From positions 360,001 through 392,000 of the forward strand of contig CP091279.1 of the NCBI GenBank assembly GCA_021650915.1: a DNA stretch of 32,000 nt, given 5' to 3'. This stretch comes from Candidatus Brocadia sp. Its GTDB lineage: Bacteria > Planctomycetota > Brocadiia > Brocadiales > Brocadiaceae. Shown piece after piece: positions 9,561-18,615 of the stretch; position 1 is the stretch's first letter; every line of letters begins with the position of its first letter. The notes beneath the pieces are model-generated. The model ran no database searches, had not been told where the DNA came from, and saw nothing but the letters and a program-made list of their open reading frames with translations. The translations under genes were made by a program, and so were the position numbers.

Positions 9561-11804
9561 TCAACTCTTTCCCTTTGGGAATGTTTTCAGCCATCGGTTA
9601 AGGCTCGCCTGATCATCCTTTTCGACACTCCGCACCCGAATATCCTCTGCACGATCATATAAATGAGAAAATTTAACTCCGATGAAATAAGAATTTTCAG
9701 CCACAATTTCTCTCACTTGTTTTATCTCTCCTTCCGCAAAGAACTTTCCAAACGGCGTAAAGATCTCCATATTCAGAATAGCTCCTAATTCCATAGGGGT
9801 ATAAGTCGTAAAAGAAAGGCCAGATGCGCTGACATCATTGCTAACCACCGGAAAAAGAGGTTTGCCATTTCTGTAAATAATGACCGGAATGGTTATTTTT
9901 TTTCTGACGTGTTTTCGAAACCTTTCGTGATTATAAAACTTAAACATTATTCGAATAAAGACGGATGCTTTTTTTCCATACCGTTGAAGAAACCTGGGGA
10001 GGATGGTATTAAAGCAATACATACTAATAACGTCCATTTCCTCTCTGCTTAAACCTTCAAACTTCAGACCATGAATAAACATTTTTCCCTGGAGGTGACG
10101 GTACGGATTGCCTGAGTGGGCTGTATAAAGAACGGTGGCGCGACACGTCACAATTTTTTCGTTCAGGTAAAGGGAAAGCAGGATTTTTGTATCGATCGGC
10201 AAATGAATAAAGGTGATCAGGGAGATACCATTCTCATTAAGGTCTCTGCTGATCCCCACGCTGCTTGCGGAACCTACATTTGACATCACAGCAAATTGCA
10301 CCGGGATGGTGCCAATGAACCGGAATTCTTTGCGTTTAAAGTAGGGCCTTGTTACCAGCTCAATCCCTGACATGGCCAAAAATCCATTCACGAAGCTCCA
10401 GAAGATAGCGACGCCAATACCCAAATAATCTGATGATATACCATACCAGAGCTTTAACCCCCCCCATGCTATTCCGGCAAAACAGATGAGACAGAGGAAA
10501 GTTTGAGGAATAATCTCTAACATGGTGGTTGAAGTCTGCATCCCTTTCCCGGTAACCTTGAATATCGATTTTTGTCTCAGCATGTTCTTCAAAGCAGCCT
10601 TTATGAAGATAAAGAAATTCATCATAAGGTAGGATTCGTCATATCGTATTTTTCCGTATCCCCGGCAGGCAAACTTGAATCCAAAGAGAATTACACCAAG
10701 AAACATCACATATCTCCATACAAAGGAGAAATCAAACGATCCGATAGGATAACCACCTGAAAGGATCATAACGGGTGGTAAAATAAAGTAGATAAATTTC
10801 GGGAAACCGATAAGCCAGCCGAAAATGACGGAAAAAAAACAGATCCTCTGAGGAATCGTTAACCCTCTGACAAACAAGGGATTATTCACAAAAAGCAACC
10901 CGATATTCCCCTCTGCCCAGCGAAGAAGCTGGGTATGGTAGTTTTTCAGATCCTTTGCAGCAAGCCCGTTTGACAGGACTTCGTTATGATAAATTCCCTT
11001 CCAACCACGGGAATAAAGCAGGATTGTGGTATTGATGTCCTCCGTAATGTTTCCGGTAACCATACCACCAATATCTTCCAGGGCCTGTTTCCTGAATACG
11101 GCAGCGCTACCAGCGAAAAAGGCGGCGTTCCAATAATCTTTGCATGGCATCATGAGCCGGTAAAAGATGTCCTGTTCGTTCCAGGATTGCTCTTTTTTCT
11201 TGTTAATCCTGAATTGAAACGAATCAATATTATAATAGTTGTGAGGGGTTTGGACGAAGGCGACCTTTGGATCCCTAAAATAACCTATCGTCTTGTCGAG
11301 AAAATTCGGTTGAGGAACGAAATCTGCATCAAAGATAGCGACATAGTCTCCATCAGTACAGCGAAGCGCATTATTTAAATTCCCTGCCTTGGCATCTTTT
11401 CTCTCCTTCCTGGTAATGTATTTACAACCCCATTTCGCAGCCTCTTTCGCCAATTCAGGACGATTCCCATCGTCCAGGATATACGTTGTATGCGGGTATC
11501 GCATATTGACACAACCAAGCGCCGTTTTACGCAAGATTGAAATATCTTCATTATACGTAGGGATATATACATCTACTGATAATCCTGGGTTAGACGGAGG
11601 CGCTTTTCTCTCTGCAGGCTGCCATATCTGAAAGAAAAAGAGAGATAGGGCAAGAAACCCATGCGCCTCTGCATAAAAAAAACCCAGGGAAAGAATCAGA
11701 GATTCCGGATTGATCGTGTAACGAACCCGATAAATCAGATAATACAGGTATACCCCTATGGTGATAATAATAGCTGCCTGATATGGTATGTGCCGAATTT
11801 TCAA
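9561..11804 (-). CDS. Processive family-2 glycosyltransferase (cellulose-synthase-like) with two C-terminal PilZ domains
   Basis: 747 aa. The GT2 processive motifs are ILDDGN, FDADF, ITED and QLLRWAEG (QxxRW), with multiple TM helices. PilZ 1 is RKEFR ... DLNENG. PilZ 2 is RKHVR ... DVSASG (RxxxR plus D/NxSxxG). Confidence 0.85.
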   Translation of the reverse strand: MKIRHIPYQAAIIITIGVYLYYLIYRVRYTINPESLILSLGFFYAEAHGFLALSLFFFQIWQPAERKAPPSNPGLSVDVYIPTYNEDISILRKTALGCVNMRYPHTTYILDDGNRPELAKEAAKWGCKYITRKERKDAKAGNLNNALRCTDGDYVAIFDADFVPQPNFLDKTIGYFRDPKVAFVQTPHNYYNIDSFQFRINKKKEQSWNEQDIFYRLMMPCKDYWNAAFFAGSAAVFRKQALEDIGGMVTGNITEDINTTILLYSRGWKGIYHNEVLSNGLAAKDLKNYHTQLLRWAEGNIGLLFVNNPLFVRGLTIPQRICFFSVIFGWLIGFPKFIYFILPPVMILSGGYPIGSFDFSFVWRYVMFLGVILFGFKFACRGYGKIRYDESYLMMNFFIFIKAALKNMLRQKSIFKVTGKGMQTSTTMLEIIPQTFLCLICFAGIAWGGLKLWYGISSDYLGIGVAIFWSFVNGFLAMSGIELVTRPYFKRKEFRFIGTIPVQFAVMSNVGSASSVGISRDLNENGISLITFIHLPIDTKILLSLYLNEKIVTCRATVLYTAHSGNPYRHLQGKMFIHGLKFEGLSREEMDVISMYCFNTILPRFLQRYGKKASVFIRIMFKFYNHERFRKHVRKKITIPVIIYRNGKPLFPVVSNDVSASGLSFTTYTPMELGAILNMEIFTPFGKFFAEGEIKQVREIVAENSYFIGVKFSHLYDRAEDIRVRSVEKDDQASLNRWLKTFPKGKS

Positions 11805-11960
11805 ACGCTCTTGCTTTCTTTTTAAACGCGTTTTCGAATAAATTGTTTATTAGTTATTCAAAATGAAATACAATTCATAGCGGCGTCTATTTAATTACGC
11901 AAATAGAAGTCCTAAACTCCATGTATGCGGATAGCCAAGTCTATTTCGCTTAAATAGTAG

Positions 11961-12085
11961 CAATCTAGCTTTTTGAAAAATTCTCTCCATAAATAATATC
12001 GTCTTGATAGGGGCAGGTTTCAAACCTGCTCCTACACGGTATGGTAAACATCGCCTTTATTGGGATTTTTCAAAAAGCTACATTG
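11961..12085. repeat. Nested palindromic element (outer 21-bp inverted repeat enclosing a GTAGG..CCTAC-type hairpin)
   Basis: Outer arms are CAATCTAGCTTTTTGAAAAAT (11961-11981) and ATTTTTCAAAAAGCTACATTG (12065-12085), with one mismatch. The inner hairpin is TAGGGGCAGGTTTCAAACCTGCTCCTAC (12008-12035). Confidence 0.65.
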
Positions 12086-12156
12086 TTACCTTAAATATAA
12101 ATATGATAGAAAAAAGGAGCGTTTTATCTTATACTCTTAGGCGAACATTATGATTT

Positions 12157-12310
12157 TGTAACACTTTAGTTTTTTTGAAAAATTACCATAATAACGATGT
12201 TGCCGCACGGTGTAGGGGCGAAGCATTTGCCATACACTGGCATACATGCATTCACACCCCAAGCAGGCAAATGCTTCGCCCCTACCTTTTCAAAAAACTA
12301 AAGTGTTACA
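12157..12310. mobile_element. MITE-like 154-bp nested palindromic element with a candidate 6-bp target duplication
   Basis: Terminal inverted repeats are TGTAACACTTTAGTTTTTTTGAAAA (12157-12181) and TTTTCAAAAAACTAAAGTGTTACA (12287-12310). A perfect inner 20-bp inverted repeat is GTAGGGGCGAAGCATTTGCC (12212-12231) with GGCAAATGCTTCGCCCCTAC (12266-12285). TGATTT occurs immediately on both sides (12151-12156 and 12311-12316). Confidence 0.55.
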
Positions 12311-12397
12311 TGATTTTACGTTACGCTGGAAATTCATCTTGCCGTGCCCTGCCGGAACTTTTGCAATTCCGCAATAGAAAACAGGAGATATCTTTCA

Positions 12398-13453
12398 TTG
12401 GTATTGGAATACGACGTGGTCGTTGTAGGCGCCGGGCCATCCGGCGCAGCCGCAGCCAGAGGACTGATAAATGCAGGACTCAAAGTCCTCGTCATTGAAA
12501 AAAAGAAACTGCCTCGTTACAAGATCTGTTCCGGCATTATCTTCAAAAAATCGCAGGAACTAACCACAAAATATTTTGGTGACATTCCGCCTTCAGCGTA
12601 CGTAACTCCAAATTTTTTAAAAGGGGTGCGGTTCTGGGACCAGCATGGACACTCTACCGATTGGCCATTTAGCAAGGATGGCGATGGCGCACCTAACATA
12701 TGGCGGTCTGAGTATGATTCCTGGCTTATCAAAAATTCGGGGGCAGAAGTCTGGGATTGCTGTAACCTGAAGGGATTTACCACTTCAGCCGACCACGTAT
12801 CACTGGAATGTTATCGTGCCACCAGGAACGAAAAAACGGAAATAAAATGCACGTACTTAATCAGCGCAGAAGGCAGCAGGTCATTCATCAGGGCCACCCT
12901 TGACCCATCGTTTGAAAAAAGCCTGAAATGGTTTGTTGCATACCAGAATTACTATGAGGGACACTCCGATGTGGATCCTTATTTTTACCATGGTTTTCTC
13001 GACCCTCAATACGGTGACGTTTACGCATGGTTTAATGTAAAGGATGGCTTGCAGATTTTTGGCACCGCGGTGAAAATGGGTAAAAAACTCTCTTCCTGCC
13101 TGAACCACTACACAAAAATGCTGGAAAATAAATTTGGCTTACGGCTCACAAAACTGGTGAGAAAGGCCGGCTGCCTGGGAAATGATATGTGCACAACAGG
13201 CAGGTTTTATTTGGGAAGGGGAAATATACTCCTGGTTGGGGAGGCAGCGGGATTTCTCAATGCCTTTGGCGAGGGGATTTCGTGCGCATTATCAACCGGT
13301 CTGGCTGCGGCAGAGGCAATCAGTAAAGGCAAACCATCAGGAGGCGATGCGTTCGCATTATATACCGAGTTAACAAAGCTGGAGAGAAGGCAGACCACGC
13401 TGTCGTGGAAATTGGGCGCCAGGATTGCCGGCAGAAATCTGATGCCCTTATAA
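12398..13453 (+). CDS. FAD-dependent oxidoreductase, geranylgeranyl reductase family
   Basis: N-terminal dinucleotide-binding motif is YDVVVVGAGPSGAAAA. The C-terminal family motif is LLVGEAAGFLNAFGEGISCALSTG. The start is uncertain: TTG at 12398 is preceded by AGGAGA, while the ORF track uses GTG at 12344. Confidence 0.65.
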   Translation: MVLEYDVVVVGAGPSGAAAARGLINAGLKVLVIEKKKLPRYKICSGIIFKKSQELTTKYFGDIPPSAYVTPNFLKGVRFWDQHGHSTDWPFSKDGDGAPNIWRSEYDSWLIKNSGAEVWDCCNLKGFTTSADHVSLECYRATRNEKTEIKCTYLISAEGSRSFIRATLDPSFEKSLKWFVAYQNYYEGHSDVDPYFYHGFLDPQYGDVYAWFNVKDGLQIFGTAVKMGKKLSSCLNHYTKMLENKFGLRLTKLVRKAGCLGNDMCTTGRFYLGRGNILLVGEAAGFLNAFGEGISCALSTGLAAAEAISKGKPSGGDAFALYTELTKLERRQTTLSWKLGARIAGRNLMPL

Positions 13454-13500
13454 TACTTTACATATCACGGATTAATTTAAATTATCAGAGGAAATAACAA

Positions 13501-14274
13501 ATGACGTATCCAGAAGCGCTGATCCTTGCGATTATCGAAGGGATTACCGAGTTTTTACCAATTTCGTCCACCGGCCATATGGTCATTGCCTCTACCTTTA
13601 TGGGTATCGGCAATAATGCACTTACCAAGAATTTTGTAATCGTCATTCAGCTTGGCGCAATTTTGTCCGTGGTGGTATTGTACTGGCGAAGATTTCTCGC
13701 CTCTTTCCGGTTTTATGTGAAACTCGTCTTTGCCTTCCTCCCTGCCGCAGTTGCAGGCTTTTTCCTGGAAGATTATATTGATCTTTTGCTCGCAAATATC
13801 TGGGTAGTCGTCGCCTCACTGATTTTGGGAGGAATTATCCTGATCTTTACCGATCGATGGTTTCGGCATGCCGAAGGAACAAAAGAACAGGAGGTATCAT
13901 GGCTCCAGGGCTTTAAAATCGGCTGTTTTCAGTGCATTGCCATGATCCCCGGCGTATCCCGTGCCGCGGCAACGATTATTGGCGGGATGACGGTAGGGCT
14001 TAACCGGAGAACCGCCGCTGAATTTTCTTTTTTTCTTGCCGTTCCAACCATGCTGGGGGCAAGCGCAAAGAAGATGATGGATTCTTATCAGACAATCCAG
14101 GATCACGATCTTGCTATCCTTGCCTTTGGAAGTCTCGTGGCATTTCTTGTGGCCATGGTTGCCATCAGGGCATTTATCGGCTTCCTGAAGCAACATGGTT
14201 TTAAATGGTTTGGCTATTATCGCATCGTCTTTGGAATGGCAATAGCTCTTATTGCACTTCTCATGAATCTTTGA
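13501..14274 (+). CDS. uppP: Undecaprenyl-diphosphate phosphatase
   Basis: 257-aa polytopic membrane protein. The N-terminus AIIEGITEFLPISSTGHM is the canonical UppP/BacA motif, and a PGVSRAAATI motif is also present. Confidence 0.9.
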   Translation: MTYPEALILAIIEGITEFLPISSTGHMVIASTFMGIGNNALTKNFVIVIQLGAILSVVVLYWRRFLASFRFYVKLVFAFLPAAVAGFFLEDYIDLLLANIWVVVASLILGGIILIFTDRWFRHAEGTKEQEVSWLQGFKIGCFQCIAMIPGVSRAAATIIGGMTVGLNRRTAAEFSFFLAVPTMLGASAKKMMDSYQTIQDHDLAILAFGSLVAFLVAMVAIRAFIGFLKQHGFKWFGYYRIVFGMAIALIALLMNL

Positions 14275-14305
14275 TGCAGGGCAAACGTGTCACCAGCACC
14301 GCAAG

Positions 14306-14542
14306 CTACAGGGATTCAATCCTGCCATAAATGTCCGAGAGAGGAGTCGATGGTTCCGGCCCGATTATGGAAAGATTTGCCTGCGCTTCATCTTCCCGGT
14401 GAGGAGTGAATTTCTGCCTGCTGATGTCTTTTTTTCCCTCTGGGACAACCGCCTTTTTCTTCATCCAGTCCGTAAACCTCTTTACCCTCGTAACTACCGG
14501 TAAAAATATTTCTCCCATATGCTTTATTAACTCCATTTCCAT
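14306..14542 (-). CDS. Hypothetical small protein
   Basis: 78-aa ORF with no recognisable motif. It is followed by a roughly 320-bp AT-rich non-coding stretch. Confidence 0.25.
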   Translation of the reverse strand: MEMELIKHMGEIFLPVVTRVKRFTDWMKKKAVVPEGKKDISRQKFTPHREDEAQANLSIIGPEPSTPLSDIYGRIESL

Positions 14543-14865
14543 AACAATTTATTGGAACACCCAATCGTAACGATACATTACTCTCAAAAGGCTACACAAA
14601 GAGGCTATCGACTCATTAGCGATAGGTATACCTGTTATGGTATAAAGTAACAAATAATTTGTAACAGATATTTTTTAAAATGACTTATGACAATAAACAA
14701 AAATTGCCAGATATATGAAACGGCAGATATCCGATGGAGGGTGTTGTTAATTCCACAATTTCGTTGCAGAATTAAACAGCAGATTTTCAGCAGGAGTTGA
14801 TCAGAATTATGGCATGCATTCGACCAGGCAGGCACTCTGGCAATTTGCTGCAGTGAAGTGATACA

Positions 14866-15282
14866 TTACTCATCCATGCTAAACGGATCGTCAGTTATTT
14901 TGCCATGGAATTTTTCCTCGTGGGTAAGGGCATCCTGGCGCTGCTGGAAGACATGGATGCGGTTGTCATTCGTCTCGTTTGTGACCAGCTCACTCTCAAC
15001 AAAATAGGCCATGAATGAGTCAATCTTTTTGCCCCTGATTTCATCGGTAACGATAACATGGTCAATCATCTGATTATTCTTTTTGAACCATTGTACGGCG
15101 CAGTAGATTGAACAAAATTTCTTTACCGAACGATCCTTGAGGACGATATCCACCTCATAAATCGGCGGCACAGCAGAACCGTCGAAGGCACAGCGTGGAC
15201 TTTTTAAGAATTTTTGGTACGCCACCCCGGTAAATGCAACCGTGATACTCAAAACGAGTCCGATCCAGAATTTATTTTTCAT
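14866..15282 (-). CDS. Membrane-anchored NosL-like / TRASH-like putative metal-binding protein
   Basis: I place the start at the ATG at 15282, which overlaps the upstream stop as ATGA. It has an N-terminal TM helix (FWIGLVLSITVAF). The pattern C.FDG...KKFCSIYCAVQW...VIVTDEIRGKKIDSFMAYFVES...VF...FHGK resembles the NosL family layout. Confidence 0.5.
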   Translation of the reverse strand: MKNKFWIGLVLSITVAFTGVAYQKFLKSPRCAFDGSAVPPIYEVDIVLKDRSVKKFCSIYCAVQWFKKNNQMIDHVIVTDEIRGKKIDSFMAYFVESELVTNETNDNRIHVFQQRQDALTHEEKFHGKITDDPFSMDE

Positions 15283-16304
15283 GTGAATATCAGATGTATC
15301 GTTACCATCATAAGGGAGGCCAGCAGGCAAAAGGCAGACAAGCCATTGACCTTCTTTATAAGATGCTCAGTGACAGATTGCGTTTCCGCCTGCATGCAGA
15401 GCATGCGCAGGATGCCCATCCATCCCATGGCAAAGGTGCCAATCACAAACAATCCGAGCATAATCGGTGCATCAGGCACCACTCCTTTTCCCATAAAGCA
15501 ATAAATACAATGATGATAAGGAAGCTGCATGAGCCTTGGTATTATATTTTCAATGAATGCATAAATAACTACCGGAATATTGACAACCCCTGTTACCGCC
15601 AGACTGAAAAGGAGAATCTTCCTGGTATGCGCTGTGAAGAACAGCCATTTTTGGGAAAGTATTACAAACAGGGAAACAATTAAAAAGATATTTGTCAGAT
15701 AATAGAGAACAAACAAAATCACCTGAAAATGCCTGCCGAAGATGGCCTGCGGGATCATGGCTGAAGGTCGCATGGGCACATCGAAAAACGTGGCACAGCA
15801 GGAGACGGACATCAGAGGCTTCATCCGGAGCACATAAGAGATGTCGGTGATACTATCAACAAGCAGTACGACGCATGCAATGAGAAGAAAATACCCGTTC
15901 CTCCGGGCAAGCGGCGACGTGGGCACAGATTTATCAACATAATAACACAGCAGCCAGCCGCCCATGATGAAAAAAGAGATGGGTTTTATGATCTGTAAAA
16001 AGGTAACCGTAGCGGGGAGAATTTGCGTAACACCAAACATACACATTGCCCCGGGCACCTCAGGCACAAAACTCTGAAGCATGAAATAGAACCACGGCCA
16101 GGCAAGCATTCTCACCGACAAAATCACGCATGCCAGGAGAAATACCAGATAGCCCTTCTGTTCGTAGGCGCTTTTTGTCTCTAACGGTATCGTTGATTTA
16201 AAACCAGGAATCATCATGATCACGGCGTAAAATAAAAATCCGCCGAGAAAAAGAGACAGAAAGGCAACAAACAACATGATCAGGGTGTAAATATTTATAA
16301 TCAT
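15279..16304 (-). CDS. Polytopic membrane protein of unknown family with conserved Cys/His/Met clusters
   Basis: 341 aa with about 9-10 predicted TM helices. Motifs are GAMCMFGV, SVSCCATFFD and PYHHCIYCF. ATGA overlaps occur at both ends (16301-16304 and 15279-15282). Confidence 0.6.
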   Translation of the reverse strand: MIINIYTLIMLFVAFLSLFLGGFLFYAVIMMIPGFKSTIPLETKSAYEQKGYLVFLLACVILSVRMLAWPWFYFMLQSFVPEVPGAMCMFGVTQILPATVTFLQIIKPISFFIMGGWLLCYYVDKSVPTSPLARRNGYFLLIACVVLLVDSITDISYVLRMKPLMSVSCCATFFDVPMRPSAMIPQAIFGRHFQVILFVLYYLTNIFLIVSLFVILSQKWLFFTAHTRKILLFSLAVTGVVNIPVVIYAFIENIIPRLMQLPYHHCIYCFMGKGVVPDAPIMLGLFVIGTFAMGWMGILRMLCMQAETQSVTEHLIKKVNGLSAFCLLASLMMVTIHLIFT

Positions 16305-16963
16305 TCAAGCCTGCCGTTTTTCATTTTGTAGACGGTATCAGCAATCTTTTCAAACATCGCATCGTGAGTAGCAATGAGAATGGTTACGCCACGGGCCTTG
16401 AGTTCGCCGAGAAATTGGAGTATACGTGAGCTGGTTTCGTCGTCAATATTTGATGTTGGTTCGTCAGCAATAATAATTTCAGGATTATTTATCAGCGCCC
16501 GCGCAATAGCCACACGTTGCTGCTGTCCTCCGCTGAGTTCCTCTGGCGTGTGACTTAAACGGTCGCCAATCTCCATCCTTTCCAAAAGAAATTTTGCCCT
16601 TTCAAAACGCTCCTTTAAACCGATCCCTAGCGGAATAAGCGGATAAGCAACATTCTCCCAGCTTGTAAGCCTTGGGATCAGATGAAAGTACTGAAAGATA
16701 AAACCGATCTTTTCACGTCGCAGCCTTGCCAGGGCAATATCGGAAAACACGGTAATCTCCCTGCCATACATAAATACCTTACCGGTACTCGGTCTGTCCA
16801 GGGTGCCAATAATATTTAGCAGGGTCGTCTTCCCGGAACCAGAGGGGCCATTGAAAACCACAACGCTGTTTTTTGAAATTTTTACTGTAATATCAGAGAT
16901 GGCGCGTACCTCGTACTGTGAAGAATGGCTATAGAATTTACCAAGACGCTCCGTCCGTATCAT
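16301..16963 (-). CDS. ABC transporter ATP-binding protein (MacB/LolD-type)
   Basis: Walker A is GPSGSGKTT, the signature is LSGGQQQRVAIARAL and Walker B is IIIADEPT. I place the start at the ATG at 16963 (MIRTERLGKFY), which overlaps the permease stop as ATGA. Confidence 0.85.
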   Translation of the reverse strand: MIRTERLGKFYSHSSQYEVRAISDITVKISKNSVVVFNGPSGSGKTTLLNIIGTLDRPSTGKVFMYGREITVFSDIALARLRREKIGFIFQYFHLIPRLTSWENVAYPLIPLGIGLKERFERAKFLLERMEIGDRLSHTPEELSGGQQQRVAIARALINNPEIIIADEPTSNIDDETSSRILQFLGELKARGVTILIATHDAMFEKIADTVYKMKNGRLE

Positions 16964-18111
16964 GATTTCATCGACACAACCGGCGACACCGTTGATGCCC
17001 TCCACGTAGAATAGACGCTTCCAACCATGGTCAGGAGAAAGGCAACGAAGAAACTGAGCAGGCACGGCAGGGGAAGAAACCTTGCCGGCAGGGTAAATGC
17101 GGGCAGCATCGGCATCTCAGCAATAAAAAACGGCGCAATGAACACCCCATGAAAGATTTTAATCCAGAAAAGAGACAGAACAATGGCAATACTGGCCCCC
17201 AGTAAGCTGATAAGGAATTGCTCAAAGGAGATGAGTTCCAATACCTCCAGGGTCTGCCAGCCGGTCGCCTTCATGATGCCGATCTCCTTTTTGCGCTCGG
17301 ACAATCCAAAACCAGAGGCAACCAGGATGGCAGGCACACCCAGGGCAAAGGCAACGACATACAGGGCGCTAAAGATGCCTTCCTTGAGCATAAATCCTTT
17401 TTTGACATATAACTCAATTATCTGTTTGTCTTGCAGCCGGTATGCTTCATGCTGAAAGATATCATACAAATCCGTCGCAATCGCCGAATTATGCCCCGGC
17501 AGAGTATGGAGTTGTATATCCGTCGCAACATCCTGTTTCCCGAACAATGCCCCTGCGTCGTTAAAAGACATACCTATCAATGACGCCCCCCAGATGCCGG
17601 AATCAGCGGAAAAGATACCCACGACGGTAAAGACCTTGCGCTGCTGACAACGCATGCTGAACTGATCGCCCGGATTCAGGCGGAAGTGTCTTGCCAATTC
17701 ATGACCGATAACCACCTCGCCTGCATTTTCAAAGACCCTGCCTGAAATGAAGGATACAGACTCGGGAATATCTTCTTTGTTGATGCCAATGATAATCGCC
17801 AGCTTATTTTGCAAATACCCCCGTCCGATAATGCGCGGGATCGCCCGGGTAACTCCGTAGACTTTTTTAATCTCATCCAGGTGCTTCAAGGGAATAGCCG
17901 AGTTCCTGCCAAACTCGTCAAAGGTCAGATAGAGGTCGGCGCCGGCATTGACGGAGATGAGCGATTGCTCCCGTACACCCTCAGAAATGGCAATGGCGGT
18001 TATAAAAGGTGTCAGGATGGCAATAATACAGAGACAGACCACAACAGACTTTGTCCCGTGCCGCAACAAATTTTCCGTGGCTAAAAGAAGCAAATTGATG
18101 TGTTTATTCAT
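16960..18111 (-). CDS. ABC transporter permease, FtsX/MacB-like
   Basis: 383 aa. The layout is an N-terminal TM helix, a roughly 220-aa periplasmic domain and three C-terminal TM helices (ERKKEIGIMKATGW...), typical of the FtsX/MacB permease fold. Confidence 0.8.
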   Translation of the reverse strand: MNKHINLLLLATENLLRHGTKSVVVCLCIIAILTPFITAIAISEGVREQSLISVNAGADLYLTFDEFGRNSAIPLKHLDEIKKVYGVTRAIPRIIGRGYLQNKLAIIIGINKEDIPESVSFISGRVFENAGEVVIGHELARHFRLNPGDQFSMRCQQRKVFTVVGIFSADSGIWGASLIGMSFNDAGALFGKQDVATDIQLHTLPGHNSAIATDLYDIFQHEAYRLQDKQIIELYVKKGFMLKEGIFSALYVVAFALGVPAILVASGFGLSERKKEIGIMKATGWQTLEVLELISFEQFLISLLGASIAIVLSLFWIKIFHGVFIAPFFIAEMPMLPAFTLPARFLPLPCLLSFFVAFLLTMVGSVYSTWRASTVSPVVSMKS

Positions 18112-18198
18112 GAAATATCTTTGACCACTCCTTTTCTACTTCCATCATTTTTACAAGTATTCCAAGGCGTACTGTACAGGCCATGAAGGAGAGGTTCA

Positions 18199-18609
18199 TC
18201 ATGCTGATTGTTCCTCATATCCCTGGTAAAATTTAAAATCTACAAACTCTTGAATTCTCAGAAAATCCTTTCTATTATTGGTAATTACGATTGCGCCGAT
18301 CCTGCGGGCGGAGGCAGCTATCAGGACATCATGGGTAATTTTCGACAAAAAGATGTCTTCAAATCCGTACTTTTTCCCAATTTTTGCTATTACCTTGCCT
18401 GCCCCTTGCCAATCAGCGGCTTCGGGCACAAGTAACCGGTTGAGATTTTTGAAGGTTTTGTACAAGGTATCGAGAAGCTTTATCGATTGGGTATCAAATG
18501 CACCGGCATAGAGTTCTTCCATAACAACTACGCTCATATAAAGCATGTGTTTCCCAAAATCAGCATGGAGATTACCGGTTGGATATGCAATACCATCATT
18601 GACAAACGG
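18199..18609 (-). pseudogene. vapC: vapC (PIN-domain toxin), 3' portion separated from its 5' end by an IS insertion
   Basis: The frame is open from 18609. Translation IPFVNDGIAYPTGNLHADFGKHMLYMSVVVMEELYAGA...THDVLIAASARRIGAIVITNNRKDF has the PIN acidic residues and C-terminal motif. It joins in frame with 20467-20520 once the IS and one target-duplication copy are removed. Confidence 0.75.
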
Positions 18610-18615
18610 TATGTA

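Noticed and set aside
12175-12498. 107-aa plus-strand ORF upstream of the flavoprotein gene.
   Set aside because: It reads straight through the MITE-like palindrome. Its peptide (RGEAFA...QMLRPY) is just the translated inverted repeat.
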